NCBI RefSeq assembly: GCF_006345805.1
Contig: NC_043011.1
Coordinates: 11,594,001 to 11,658,000 of the forward strand
Length of the DNA stretch: 64,000 nucleotides
Source of the DNA: Octopus sinensis
Lineage: Eukaryota
Direction of reading: 5' to 3'
The position numbers and the translations under genes were made by a program. The notes beneath the pieces were generated by a model, which worked only from the letters and a program-made list of their open reading frames with translations, had not been told where the DNA came from and ran no database searches. Shown here in pieces: positions 1 to 11,863 of the stretch (positions are counted from its first letter, which is position 1; every line of letters starts with the position of its first letter).

Positions 1-27
1 AAATGCAAAGCTGTGAAAACATTACAA

Positions 28-69
28 AACTGTTACTCAGAGTTTCACATTTCTGTTGGTCAGACAGTT
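28..69 (-). ncRNA. Type-I hammerhead ribozyme relic (PLE-type), core G8 mutated
   Basis: Reverse complement reads aactgt-CTGACCA-aca gaaa tgt-GAAA-ctc t gag-TA-acagtt: 6-bp stem I, 3-bp stem II, short stem III and a GUA cleavage triplet. Core is CUGACCA instead of CUGANGA. Confidence 0.65.
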
Positions 70-338
70 GTGATCAGGAGTGGAATAAAATTGTGATGGT
101 ACATATAATATATGGTTTGATATAATGCTATTTGACAAATGAGCATTTGAATTTGATTGGGTAACTTATTTTCAAAATATAAATGGTGATGTATTCACTA
201 ATTGTTGGGAAGGTTGAAGGTGTATAAAATATGAATATATTATATTATATAATATCATTAAAACCTTGAGTGAAGAAAAGAGTGATGCATGTCCAGAAGG
301 GGTTAATTAATAATTAATAGAGGTGCAAGTTTGTTTTT

Positions 339-574
339 CATCATCATTTAACGTCCTCTTTCCATGCTAGCATGGGTCGGACGGTTCAACTGGGGTCTGG
401 GAAGCCAGAAGGCTGAACCAGGCCAAGTCTGATCTGGCAGTGTTTCTACAGCTGGATGCCCTTCCTAACGCCAACCACTCCGTGAGTGTAGTGGGTGCTT
501 TTTACATGCCACCGGCACAGGTGCCAGATGAGGCTGGCAAATGGCCACGATCAGATGGTGCTTTTTATGTGCCA
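339..574 (-). mobile_element. 3' end of abundant RTE-clade LINE family (family A), (GAT)n tail
   Basis: (CAT)n followed by tttaacgtcc..ttccatgctagcatgggt..ctggatgcccttcctaacgccaaccactcc. Same sequence recurs about 15 times and is contiguous with RTE ORF2 at 42281-43160. Confidence 0.85.
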
Positions 575-896
575 AAATTAAAAACCATGGATTGAAGAAT
601 TTTTTAGGTTGAAAAGTCAGTGTATGCTGCATATATACACATACATACAAGTATAAAGATGAGGTGGAGAAAAGTTACATTGCATTGAAATTCACCAAAA
701 ACATGTAATTTTTTTCCTTGTAACACCATGTGCTACCTTTTTAGATTTAGTTAAATTCAGCTTACTGACTTATTTCCACGTTTTTTTTAGTTTACAATAA
801 TAATGTCACTACCCGTGTCCAACTGCATTTTAACACTTATATTTCTGATCTTCACTTTCATGAATTTTCTTATCATTATATTGTTAATTTCTTCCA

Positions 897-1082
897 ATCA
901 TCATCATCATCATCGTTTAACATCCACTTTCCATGCTAGCATGGGTTGGACGATTCGACCGGGGTCTGGAAAGCCAGGAAGCTGCACCGGGCCCAGTCTG
1001 ATCTGGCAGTGTTTCTACAGCTGGATGCCCTTCCTAATGCCAACCACTCCGAGAGTGTAGTGGGTGCTTTTTATGTGCCACC
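897..1082 (-). mobile_element. RTE family A 3' end
   Basis: Same (CAT)n-flanked consensus as 339-574. Confidence 0.85.
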
Positions 1083-1295
1083 TGTATATTCTTAAGAAAT
1101 TTGTCAGTGCTTTGTCATTGCTTAATTCATTCCTTGCTTTTCTTAATGCACTCTTAAAGGTGTCCACAAATCTTTTTACCTGCCCGTTTGACCTTGGGTG
1201 GTAGGGTGAAGTGAAAATATGCTTTATCATATGCCTTTCTTAAATTCCCCAGAGAACTGCATTCCATTGTCTGAAACTAGCATATCAGGGATACC
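1083..1295 (-). mobile_element. Gypsy/Ty3 LTR retrotransposon integrase fragment
   Basis: Minus-strand translation GIPDMLVSDNGMQFSG...IKHIFTSPYHPRSNGQVKRFVDTFKSALRK matches rve integrase motifs (SDNG, PYHP.SNG). Confidence 0.8.
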
Positions 1296-1800
1296 TAATT
1301 GTCAGGGATACCCAATTGTTAAGAGGCTTAACCAGCCTTCATATCCTTAATTGCCTTATCTCTTGTACTGCTATCAATTCTGATGGCTGGTCCCTCAATT
1401 GGCTTGATATCTGAAAGACTCTCCTCCACCCAATCATTCCCCACATTTAATAACCTTTCATAATGACATATATGTATGTATGCATGTATTTGTGTGTATA
1501 TGTGTGTATATATGTATGTATGTATATATATAGTTGGTCACTTTCGAGTGCTACTGGTAACATGTAACCCAGTACAACCTGTTGCATGGTTGGGCCATCG
1601 GTGTCTAAACCGGCAACCCCACCAAGCTTGCTTGGTGAGGAGGGTGTTTATTGGACACCCTGCGGGATGAAAAACAAAACCTGTCAAAGGGCAGAGGAAC
1701 TCTTGAGAGTCAATGGCCATCCAATAAATGTGTATTTTTTTTTCAGGCTTAAGGCTATATCATACGCGGGGACATCATGTATGTATGTATATATACATAT

Positions 1801-2452
1801 AGTTGGAAGAGACATCTGACCCTTTTCCGGTCAGGGCAAGTTTAAGAAACTACCCTTTAAAATGCGACGAGCTGGGTTTGTCGATCAGTTGGCCTGGGTT
1901 GGTCAGTTCTGCCTGAGACAGAAAAAGGGCCGGAAAAGAGTCAGTTGGCAAAAGACAGCAGTCGATACGGATGGTCAGCCAAGAAGGTGGTGATGGCGAG
2001 AGGCAACGACAACGTTGAGAAAGACATACACAGAGGATTGAGGAGGTGAGGGAGATTACGGCGTGAAGGCATGGCTATTGTATGTATGTATGCAATGTCT
2101 GTGCAAGACCCTGCCTCAGTAAAGCTGGACTCAAGAGTCATCTTTGTAGTCATAAAGCGAGACAGATGAGTGACAACCTGGACACTGGTGGTGGTGTAAC
2201 ACACCATACTAATCATATCTGTCGGGCATGTGTAAGAGAGTGTAATTCGGCAGGAGGACTTAAATGACATGCAAAGGTATATGAAGCCCAGTTACAACTA
2301 CAGCCGGCTATTACCGGTAAAGGTATTAGTTGCCAATTCTGTACAAGACATTGTAGATCTTTAGCTGGGCTAAAAAGTCACATTCGATCACAGCACCAGT
2401 AAAAGTTAAGCTTCGTGCAATGGCCATACTCGATAACGAGGGGGCAGCCATA
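1801..2452 (+). mobile_element. 3' part of an RTE-like LINE ending in three C2H2-like zinc fingers
   Basis: YVCNVCARPCLSKAGLKSHLCSH, HICRACVRECNSAGGLK*HAKVY and ISCQFCTRHCRSLAGLKSHIRSQH*, then a short 3' tail (atggccatactcgataacgagggggcagccat) running into (ATGT)n. Confidence 0.65.
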
Positions 2453-2903
2453 ATGTATGTATATATACACACCCTTATGCACACATGTATCTACATACAC
2501 ACACAAATATATATAGTATAAGGAGAAAAAGTGCTAGCATTTCTCTTTTGTTTTCTGCATTTCTCCTTTTCTTCCCTTCTGAAAATTCAAGAAAACGGTC
2601 ATATTTTCTTATTTTTTTCTCTAACATATCTTTTTGTTTCTTTTTTCTTTTTTTTTTACTTCTCATGAATTCCATACATGACTAAGAAACTTTTGTTCCT
2701 ATGTATGCATGTATTCTTTATATGTGTGCATATGTATATATCAATATCGCTGTGTATGTGTGGTGCATGTGTTTAAATTTATATATCATTGTCAATGTTC
2801 ACATGTGCATACACTCACATATTTGCAGAACCACACATACACATAGGTACATACAGTCAAGCATGAAATATTTCACTGGACGCAAAATTCTTTATTCCTT
2901 TTG

Positions 2904-3109
2904 TTAACCAAATTGCTGCTGAAATATACTATCTTTGTTTCAATTAATTTTGAAATTCATAAAGAATTTAGTAAAATAACTGTCATTGTTGAAACATAAC
3001 TAAACATGAAATTTGGATAGTAGATTTAAATTTACATCACTTTAAAATATAGAATTTGTATTATACAACCAGGTGGTGTTCTCAGGTAGGTTGGTATCAA
3101 AAAGGTTAA
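2904..3109. mobile_element. Old, degenerate copy of a TTAA-flanked MITE related to 52391-52611
   Basis: ttaacc...aaaggttaa ends; internal aaagaatttagtaaaataac shared with the younger copies. Confidence 0.5.
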
Positions 3110-3209
3110 TGTAAAATTTTTACTAGTTTCCATTTGCCACATGTCTTAGATGATTTGTCAGTGATAATCAACATTTCACCCAACTATCAATGTTATCATT
3201 CGTTTTTTA

Positions 3210-4100
3210 AGCAGACACAAAGATTGGCACTCTAGTGCTTATGGTGAAACTCTCTGCGTTGGGCGTAAGAGATGATCTCTATAACTGGTTGAAGTCCTTT
3301 ATTTTTGGCCGAAAAGAGGTTGTCACAGTTCTAGGACAGCACTCTTCACCCTATGAGATGACATCTGGTGTACCACAGGGATCTGTTCTTGGCCCCCTTT
3401 TATTTGTTGCATATGTTAATGACATAGATACCAACTTAAAGAATGCCACAGTGCTGAAATATGCAGATGGCATCAAGCTGTACCTCGAAATAAAGAGGTC
3501 AGATCCTGTACACTATAGATCTCTATTGCAATCAGACCTAGACACAATGCAGCAGTGGATCATGGACTGGCAACTCAAGCTGGCTGTGGACAAATGTACC
3601 ACCATGCATTTTGGGAGGAAAAACCCAGCGTTTACTTACTCCCTCCACAACACTAATCTTAAAAAGTCTTCGTGTGAATGTGACCTGGGTGTTATTGTCG
3701 ACAGCGATTTGCGTTGGACAAAACACATTGCTAAAATTGCCAAGAAGGATGAGGGTGTCTTGGCATCACTCACCAAGTCCTTTGTGAGCCGCTCTCCGGC
3801 TATCTATCATAGCTTTATGTAGCTACGGTACAACCTCACCTGGAATTTGCATCACCGGTCTGGAACCCCTATCTTGCCCAGGATATTAATCATCTGGAAG
3901 CCGTTCAGTGACGTGCAACCAAAAGAATACCCTCCATCAGGCACTTGCCATATTCTGAATGCCTTACTTCCCTGGGTATGGACACATTGAAACAACGACA
4001 TCTGGCAGCTGACTTGGCAGACACCCATAAAATTATTAACCATCTTACAAACAATAACTCTGAGCACCTTTTCAAACTCCACCTGTCTAACAATCCTTGC
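3210..4100 (+). mobile_element. CR1/L2-group LINE reverse transcriptase fragment (disabled)
   Basis: ORF 3235-3822 has SGVPQGSVLGPLLFVAYVND, YADGIKLY, WQLKLAVDKC and DLGVIVDSDLRW, then continues through frameshifts (P.LEFASPVWNP). Confidence 0.9.
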
Positions 4101-4109
4101 CTTTAGTTC

Positions 4110-4639
4110 ATCTTTGGTGTTCTTCTCAAGCACAGAATATTGTCAAAAGTCTTGGTTATGTCATTGCCTCTGTGAGGCTCAATGCTTGAAATGTGCCTTT
4201 TATATGTCATTGGCACAGGAGCCAGTTATGTGACACTGACAACGGTCACAACTATGATTTCACTTGGCTTGATGACATATTGCCAAAGGTCTCAGTCACT
4301 AATCATTGCCTCCATGAGGCCCAACATTTGAAGATCATGCTTCCCTACCTTGTTCCATGTCTTCCTGGTTCTCCCTCTTCTACAGCTTCCCTCCACTGTT
4401 AGAGATTGGTACTTCTTCAAACAGCTGTCTACATTGATCCACATCACATGACCATGCCAACAGAGCTCCACTACAGACCACATCTGATGCCTTCCATGCC
4501 CAACTCTTCTTTGAAGACATTTACACTCTCGAGCATGCACACTGACATTGCACATCCAGCGAAGCATACTAGCTTCACTTTGTTCAAGCCTACGCATGTC
4601 CTCAGCAGTCACAGCCCATGTCTCACTGCCATTTTCCAA
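4110..4639 (-). mobile_element. RTE family A ORF2 C-terminal fragment plus start of 3' UTR
   Basis: GSETWAVTAEDMRRLEQSEASMLRWMC...GRTRKTW, homologous to ORF 42554-43153. Confidence 0.85.
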
Positions 4640-5003
4640 TGTATTCCTCAGGTAAGGGGATTAAGTTTTCATCGATGCAATTTTTCCACTGTTGTATTTC
4701 TACCTTTCTATATGTCAGAAGAGATTTGCCAATGTTCTGCATTGAAAGGACCAGAGACTTGAAGTGTTTTGAATTGCAAGACAGTGTGTGAGGGAAAATC
4801 ATGATGTCATAGGAGAGAAACGTGACTACAGGGATGATGGCTCATTTGCAGTTAATGATGCTGCAAAGAAAGAGACATGTGCAATGTCAGAGCAGAAATC
4901 TGCACTGGCCTTGAAGAGATGTCAGTGCAGGTTTCCACCCTGACACCCAGAACTCGGAGTTTTATTATGTCAACACCGAATAATCATTACAAATATATAT
5001 ATA

Positions 5004-5180
5004 TCATCATCATCATCATCATCATCATCATCGTTTAATGTCCGCTTTCCATGCTAGCATGGGTTGGACGATTTTGACTGAGGGCTGGCGAGCCAGATGG
5101 CTGCACCAGGCTCCAGTCTTGATCTGGCAGAGTTTCTACAGCTGGATGCCCTTCCTAACGCCAACCACTCCGAGAGTGTA
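5004..5180 (-). mobile_element. RTE family A 3' end followed by (CATA)n-type microsatellite
   Basis: (CAT)n plus family A consensus; TACA/CATA repeats 5181-5345. Confidence 0.85.
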
Positions 5181-5589
5181 GCATACATACATACATACAT
5201 ACATGTATACCTACATACATACCTACACGCATACCTACATGCATACCTACATGCATGCATACATACATACATACATACATACTTGCATACCTACATGCAT
5301 ACCTACATGCATACATACATGCAAATATATATATGCATATATACATATATTAACATATCATTTAACATCCATTTTCCATGCTGTAACTTGACTTCAAGTA
5401 ATGCCATTGTTAGAATGTTCTCTTAAATATGACCAGCATAGATGTGGCAATGATGGGCATCTTTTGCAGTTGTAGCCTCCTGGGATATATTCTTTTCCAC
5501 ACACACAAACACAAACACATGTAATGATGTATATATAATCCTTATTATTATTGATACACACACACACATATATATATACACACTAATTT

Positions 5590-7130
5590 GTTCTAAGTTT
5601 GGTACAAGGCCAATAATTCTAAGGGGAGTGGTGAGTCATTATCTTGAACCTATTACTCAACTGTCATTTACTTTATCATTCCTGAAAGGATGAAAGGCAA
5701 ATCTGACCTTGAGAGAATTTGGACTCAGAATGTGAAGCCAGACAAAATGTCTCAAGGTATCTTGTCTGGTGTACTAATGATTCTCTAAGCTTGCAGCCTA
5801 CATAATCATAATAATAATGGTTTCAAATTTTGGCATAACACCAGCAGTTTTTGGGGAAGAGGTAGGTCAATTACATCGCTCGAATCCTTTTACACATGCC
5901 CCCAGCACAGGTGCCAGTAAGGGGACTTTGGTAACGATCACGCTTGAATGGTGCCCTTTTATGTGCCACTGGCACGGAAGCCATTTGGCTTATCTGGTAA
6001 TGCTCATGTTTGGATGGTGCTCTTGGCACCCTACTAGCATGGGCACAAGTGCCAGTAAGGTGATGGCTGCACCAGGCTCCAATCTTGATTTGGCAGAGTT
6101 TCTACAGCTGGATGCCCTTCCTAATGCCAACCACTCCGAGAGTGTAGTGGGTGCTTTTTACGTGCCACCGGCACGGGGGCCAGTCAGGCGGTACTGACAA
6201 CGACCTCACTCAAATCCTTTTACACATGCCCCCAGCACAGGTGCCAGTAAGGCGACTTTGGTAACGATCACACTTGAATGGTGTCCTTTTACATGCCACT
6301 GGCACGGAAGCCCGTTGGCTGCTCTGGCAACGATCACACTCGGATGGTGCTCTTGGCACCCTACTAGCACGGGCACAAGTGCCAGTAAGGTGATGCTGGT
6401 AACGATCACGCTCATATGGTGCCCTTTAAGTGCCACTGGCACGGGAGCCGGTTAGCCGCTCTGTCAATGATCCCAAAGGGATGAAAGGCAAAGTCAACCT
6501 CAGTGGAATTTGAACTCAGAATGTGCAGACAGATGATATGCTGCTAAGCATTTTGCCCGGTGCAATAATAATAATAATAATTTTGGCACAAGGCCAGCAA
6601 TTTTGAGTATGGGGAAATTGATTAAATCAACCCTAGTATTTCACTGGTGCTTTATTTTACTGACCTCAAACAGTTGAAAGGCAAATTTAACCTTGGCAGG
6701 ATTTGAACTTAAAAAGTAAAGAGCTTGAAGAAATGTTAAGTATTTTGTCTGATGTACTAACAATTCTGCCAGCTCATCATCTTAATAATAAGGATTTTGA
6801 ATTTTGGCTGAAGCCCAGCAATTTTAAAGGATGGGGGAGTTGATAAAATTGATCCCAGTACGTCACTGGTACTTTACTTTGTAGATCCCAGAAAGGTGAA
6901 ATGTGAAGTAGTCCTCAGCAGGATTTGAATTCAGGATACAAAGTGCCAGAGGAAATGTTGCTAAACATTTTGTCTGACATGCTAATAATTTTGTCAGCCC
7001 TTCATCTTAGACTAGGAAAGTGTAGGGAAAAAAGTTTAGCTGATTACATTGACCTCACTACAATGTATTATAGTGACTCTGAAAAAATGAGAGGCCGAGT
7101 CAACCTCAGCAGCATCTCAATTCAAAATCT
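5590..7130 (-). mobile_element. Cluster of old tRNA-derived Meta-domain SINEs (family B) with an RTE family A UTR insert at 5876-6470
   Basis: Repeated gaaaggatgaaaggcaaagtcaacctc..gaatttgaactcagaa (reverse complement of B-box plus gcctttcatcctttc domain) separated by (TAA)n. Confidence 0.75.
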
Positions 7131-7158
7131 AAAGCTGTCTTAGTAATAATCTTTTCTT

Positions 7159-7604
7159 AATGGCCCACAGAAATATGTAAAATACATACAAAGGACATTA
7201 AAGAACATGGAGTTTAGAATACAAGTGGGCATGGGTAGACAAAGTTATATAAAGATGTGCACCAGGCAAAATGCTTAGCAGCATGACATTACTATGACAT
7301 TACAACCAGCCAGGAACAGTCTTCGCTACATTTGCGGCACCTGCCAGAGGGAGTGTTTGTCCAGGATAGGACTACACAGCCATAGCAGGAGATGTATTAG
7401 GACATGAAATGTAAAAGCCAGACTAGATTATTTTATGCGCAACTCCATTGTTTCCCCGAGACAAAAAGGATGCCAACCAATGGCCCTCAGAAATATGTAA
7501 AATACAAACAAAGAACATCAAAGAACATGGAGTTTAGAAAACAAGTGGGAATGGGTAGACAAAGTTATATAAAGATGTGCACCAGGCAAAATTCTTAGCA
7601 GCAT
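7159..7604 (+). mobile_element. 5'-truncated RTE insertion (7285-7478) flanked by 126-bp direct repeats
   Basis: 7159-7284 and 7479-7604 differ at about 7 positions. Insert encodes YICGTCQRECLSRIGLHSHSRRC, an RTE C-terminal motif, followed by a short 3' tail. Confidence 0.8.
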
Positions 7605-7952
7605 TTCATCTGTCTGCACATTCTGAGTTCAAATTCCACTGAGGTTGACTTTGCCTTTCATCTTTTTGGTGTCAATAAAGTAAGTACCAGTTACAAACAG
7701 ATTAAAAATTTGATGAATAAGTAGAAAATTATTGGAAAAAACATTCAATAATTAAGACAAAATATACTTACAGTAATTATATATAAAACATTTAGGGCCA
7801 CTCATTCATACACTAGTGGGCACCCACTTGTTAGGCCAAATCAGGGTACCTGGCTTTTCTGCTTACTCACCTGACTGTGTATTTCTTGGGATTTCTGTAA
7901 TTCCCTGTCACCATCTTTTCCCCATGCTCATCCAAAAAGACACCTACATCTT

Positions 7953-8350
7953 CATCATCATCATCATCATCATCGTTTAACGTCCGTTTTCCGTGCTAGC
8001 ATGGGTTGGACGGTTCGATAGGGTCTGGGAAGCCAGAAGGCTGCACCAGGCTCCAGTCTGATCTGGCAGTGTTTCTACAGCTGGATGCTTTTCCTAACGC
8101 CAACCACTCCGTGAGTGTAGTGGGTGCTTTTTACGTGCCACTGGCTCAGGGGCCAGAGGAGGCTGGCAGCGGCCATGATTGGTTGGTGCTTTTTACGAGC
8201 CACCAGCACAGGTGCCAGGGGAGGCTGGCAGCGGCCACAATCGGTTGGTGCTTTTTACGTGCCACCAGCACGGAAGCCAGTCAAAAGGCGCTGGCAGCGG
8301 CCATGATCGGTTGGTGCTTTTTACGTGCCACTGGCACAGAAGCCAGTCAA
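7953..8350 (-). mobile_element. RTE family A 3' end with four tandem hairpin units
   Basis: (CAT)n, family A consensus, and four ~62-67 bp units each beginning ggtgctttttacg.gccac. Confidence 0.85.
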
Positions 8351-9099
8351 GTCAAGTCTTCTGGGTAGTAATACTTAACCCATTTGCAAACCTCCCTCGT
8401 CATCTTCCCGAATACATGATCAACTGAATATTTCGTCTAGTTTTGATTTAATTTCTGTTGCATCCACATATTGGTTCATTTACTTTCTTCCACTTCATAT
8501 AACAAGTCGAGCAGTTATTTGCTATTATTTCAAATAACAGTGAAACTGCTTGAATCCCAGAATTCAGGTTTTCGGAGAGGACTATTAGCCCATTTTAATA
8601 TTTTGTTTCTTTGTCTCTCTTACAGTTTTCCATTTCTCTTCCTCTTTGCACATTTGACCTCCAACCCTGCAAGAGGATTGGGTAGAACTGTTAGAATTGG
8701 GTGCTTTGTCATTTTCTGATTCTGATCAGAAGGTGACATCCTCTGCAAACTTTAGAATAGCTGAAAGTGCCTTGACACTGCATGTTACTGAGACTGAAGA
8801 TGAGATAAGTCTTTCAATTCTGCTTGGAACTGTAACTGGTGGTCTGACTAGTGGTGCTTCTGGAACAGCAGTCTTCCAACACTGCTCAACCCTTTTGCAT
8901 TTTTCCAGTTCTGGGCAGAAAGCCTTCAAGTGGCTTATACTGCTACAAGTTAAAAACGAGTGTGTTTTCTGCTTTACATCTTCAGTATTATGGCTTTTGG
9001 TTTTATCTGAGGTGTCATGAGCCCATCTGATCCCTCCCATCTACATACCATTCCTTACTATCTGTGCTCTTAATAATTGCCTATATTGAAGCCATAATC

Positions 9100-9768
9100 T
9101 CACGGCTTATGCCAGGAGTGTAACCAGCCCACTTATGCATACCTTTTCCTTCTTTGGACACTAATACTCTGCTTGCGAAGACCTGTTGAGGTAAGTAAAA
9201 TCAAATCAATCAAAGCAAAATAAAAATCAAATTCGATGACTGGCGTCCATGCTAGCAGGGTGCAAAGAGCACCATACGAGTGTGATCATTGACAGGGCGG
9301 CTAACCAGCTTCCGTGCCAGTGGCACTTAAAGGGCACCATTCGAGTGTGATCGTTACCAGCGTTGCCTTACTGGCACTTGTGCCCGTGCTAGTAGGGTGC
9401 CAAGAGCACCATCCGAGCGTATTCGTTGCCAGAGCAGCCAACTGGCTTTCGTGCCAGTGGCACTTAAAGGGCACCATTCGAGCATGATCGTTACCAAAGT
9501 CGCCTTACTGGCACCTGTGCTGGGGGCATGTGTAAAAGGATTCGAGCGAGGTCGTTGCCAGTACCGCCTGACTGGCCCCCGTGCCGGTGGCACATAAAAA
9601 GCACCCACTACACTCTTGGAGTGGTTGGCATTAGGAAGGGCATCCAGCTGTAGAAACTCTGCCAAATCAAGATTGGAGCCTGGTGCAGCCATCTGGTTTG
9701 CCAGCCCTCAGTCAAAATCGTCCAACCCATGCTAGCATGGAAAGCGGACGTTATACGATGATGATGAT
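9100..9768 (+). mobile_element. RTE family A 3' UTR (opposite orientation to 5004-6470)
   Basis: gaagacctgttgagg...tandem units...ggaagggcatccagctgtagaaac...atgctagcatggaaagcggacgtt-(GAT)n. Confidence 0.85.
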
Positions 9769-10260
9769 TGCTTTTGTAAAGCAAACCAAGAGTGAAAATC
9801 ACTTGCTAAACCTCTGAGTATTACCTTCACTGGGGGCATGAGTCTGTGGGAATTTTTTTGATACAGAAACTCAACTTGTTTTCGGTCCTGAAAGTCAGAT
9901 AGATGGTCCTGTAGGGTTTTCCTCTTTCCAGGGGTACAATACTAGCCCGGACCTTGTTTTGTGGGGATTAATAAAAGCAACCACTCCTTTTGTCAGACAC
10001 AGATATATCAATTTGCTTTTTGTCTGATTTTCGATGTATTCCTCAGGCAAAGGGATTAAGTTTCCATCAATGCAATTTTCCCACTGTTGTATTTCTGCCT
10101 TTTTATTTGTCATATCAAATACTTCAATATGGAAGAAGCTTGGGAAAAAACTAACTCCAACATGTATTGATGATGGCATTTTTATTTTTGTGTGTGTCAT
10201 GTTGTTATTGGCATTTCTGTTGTTGCTGAAAAATGATGTAGACTGTTCAAGAAACATTTA

Positions 10261-10802
10261 CCTCTGTGTGAAAAGTCTGGTTGCATCCGAAAAAATACAT
10301 ATTATGAAACAAAAATAAACATAAAATTCATTATGTTTGCTGTACTGCTAGAGCATCCCAATTCTCTACCAAGTTGTCTACTGGTTGCAGTACGCCTTTT
10401 ACGAATAGCATTGACCATTCTTGAATAGCAGCATTTTTGACAAGGCTTGGTCGCCCAGAAGGCTGTTTTTTGGCTGTTATCGTTCCATGAAGAGTTGCAT
10501 TTTTATAAATTCGCGTTGGTATATTGCGGCCTACTTGAAAGGCATTGCAAAGATCACTCACTGTTTCATTTGCGACCCCATCTTTAATTTGCTAGTAGCG
10601 TAGAAGTATTGCCAGTCTATCTCTCTCACTAATTTGTTCACCTCGCCTGCGAGCCATCTAAAGTTAATAATGATTCTGCTAATTCCACGTGTAAACATGT
10701 GTTGAATAGAACTCACTGAATAAATTTTAATTAACTGTGTTGTCAATTGTATGCACCTGACATATGCTAACGTGTATGCAGCCAGACTTTTCACACAGAG
10801 GA
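10261..10802 (-). mobile_element. Internally deleted Tc1/mariner DNA transposon
   Basis: 26-bp TIRs cctctgtgtgaaaagtctggttgcat (10261-10286) and 10776-10801 with one mismatch; TA at both flanks. Minus-strand HTH remnant KKQPSGRPSLVKNAAIQ / RMVNAIRKRRTATSRQLGRELGCSSSTANI spans a frameshift. Confidence 0.8.
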
Positions 10803-11105
10803 TACCTCTTTTCTGAAAAGGCAAAAATTTCCATTTTTATGGCAGGGAAGGACTTTGGAAGATTAGGTCTGTTATTCTGCTTTGCAATGGCAGACATGCT
10901 ATTTTCTTCCTTTCTTGGGAGGCACTGCTTCTCTAGCTTGATGCCATTGCAAAGGAAGCTGAATAAAACAGAAATGTCCCCCACAAAAATTTACTCTGGA
11001 GAAGTCAATGAAATGAATAAATAACTTGCCTTGTAAAAACTTTTTACATGACATAAAATAATTAATAAATTCAAATTCAATATAACAAATTCTTGAAAAT
11101 ACATG

Positions 11106-11523
11106 GGATATTTTCGGTTTGAACGGCAGTTTTTTCTAGTAGTGTCATATGAAATCGTCACCCATAATTATGACCCTAATATTGATCTATTGCATTTCAA
11201 TCTGTTTTAGGGTTAGGGTTAGGGGTGGGGCGAAGGGTATCTTTTTTTCTTCACAAATGTAAATAAACCCAATCTGTTTCTTAAACGAGGGACATATTCA
11301 TACGGCACAGAATGTTTTTTACCTCAATAGACGTCATTGATTGATTGAAATTGCAGAAATTGAAGGAAAAATAACAACAAATATCTTACAAACTATAGAA
11401 ATTTCTCAATAAAGCCAAGAGAAAAAGATGTTTTATAAACACATTCTACCAGTATACGAAGTTTAAAATTTTTTAGTTACCTAGAAATTATGTTAAAAAC
11501 TGCCGTTCAAACCGAAAAGATCC
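11106..11523. mobile_element. TTAGGG-containing MITE, GG...CC termini, 8-bp TSD (Merlin-like)
   Basis: TIRs ggat(a/c)ttttcggtttgaacggcagtttt / aaaactgccgttcaaaccgaaaagatcc; TSD aatacatg / aatacttg; internal (TTAGGG)3. Confidence 0.85.
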
Positions 11524-11825
11524 AATACTTGTAATCTAAATATTAACAGCAAGAATGGGAAGAAACAAATCTGTTCATGCTGAGGGGAATGGGGATAGCT
11601 GTACTTAATTGGTGCTGTATTTTATTGATTTCTGGCATTCTTTTATTCTTTTACTTGCTTCAGTATTTGATGGTGGCCATGCTGGAGCACTGCCCTGGAC
11701 TAATTCCCTGCAAGCCTGGTGCTTATTCTACCAGTCTCTTCTGCCAAACAGCTAAGTTATGGGGATGCAAACACACCAACATTGGTTGTCAAGCAATGGT
11801 GGTGGGGGAACAAATGCAGACACAA

Positions 11826-11863
<38 letters not shown>

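Noticed and set aside
2475-2685. Lys-rich/Phe-rich ORF pair
   Set aside because: Low-complexity T-rich tract with no homology cue or clear splice signals.
8120-8350. CRISPR-like repeat/spacer appearance of family A arrays (and the 61256-61357 tandem)
   Set aside because: The spacers are homologous to each other or absent, the repeats are degenerate, there are no cas genes, and the arrays are part of eukaryotic LINE UTRs.
8370-9050. ORFs 8697-9020 and 8726-9040 as host exons
   Set aside because: No recognisable domain or clear splice pair, and neighbouring frames contain many stops; most likely a decayed element, left unclassified.
5097-9692. Recurrent peptide LAEFLQLDALPNANHS suggesting a gene family
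   Set aside because: Antisense translation of the multicopy RTE 3' UTR; frames and ends are inconsistent between copies.
11207-11230. Telomere or chromosome-fusion remnant
   Set aside because: Only 2-3 TTAGGG units, at the same internal position of four MITE copies.
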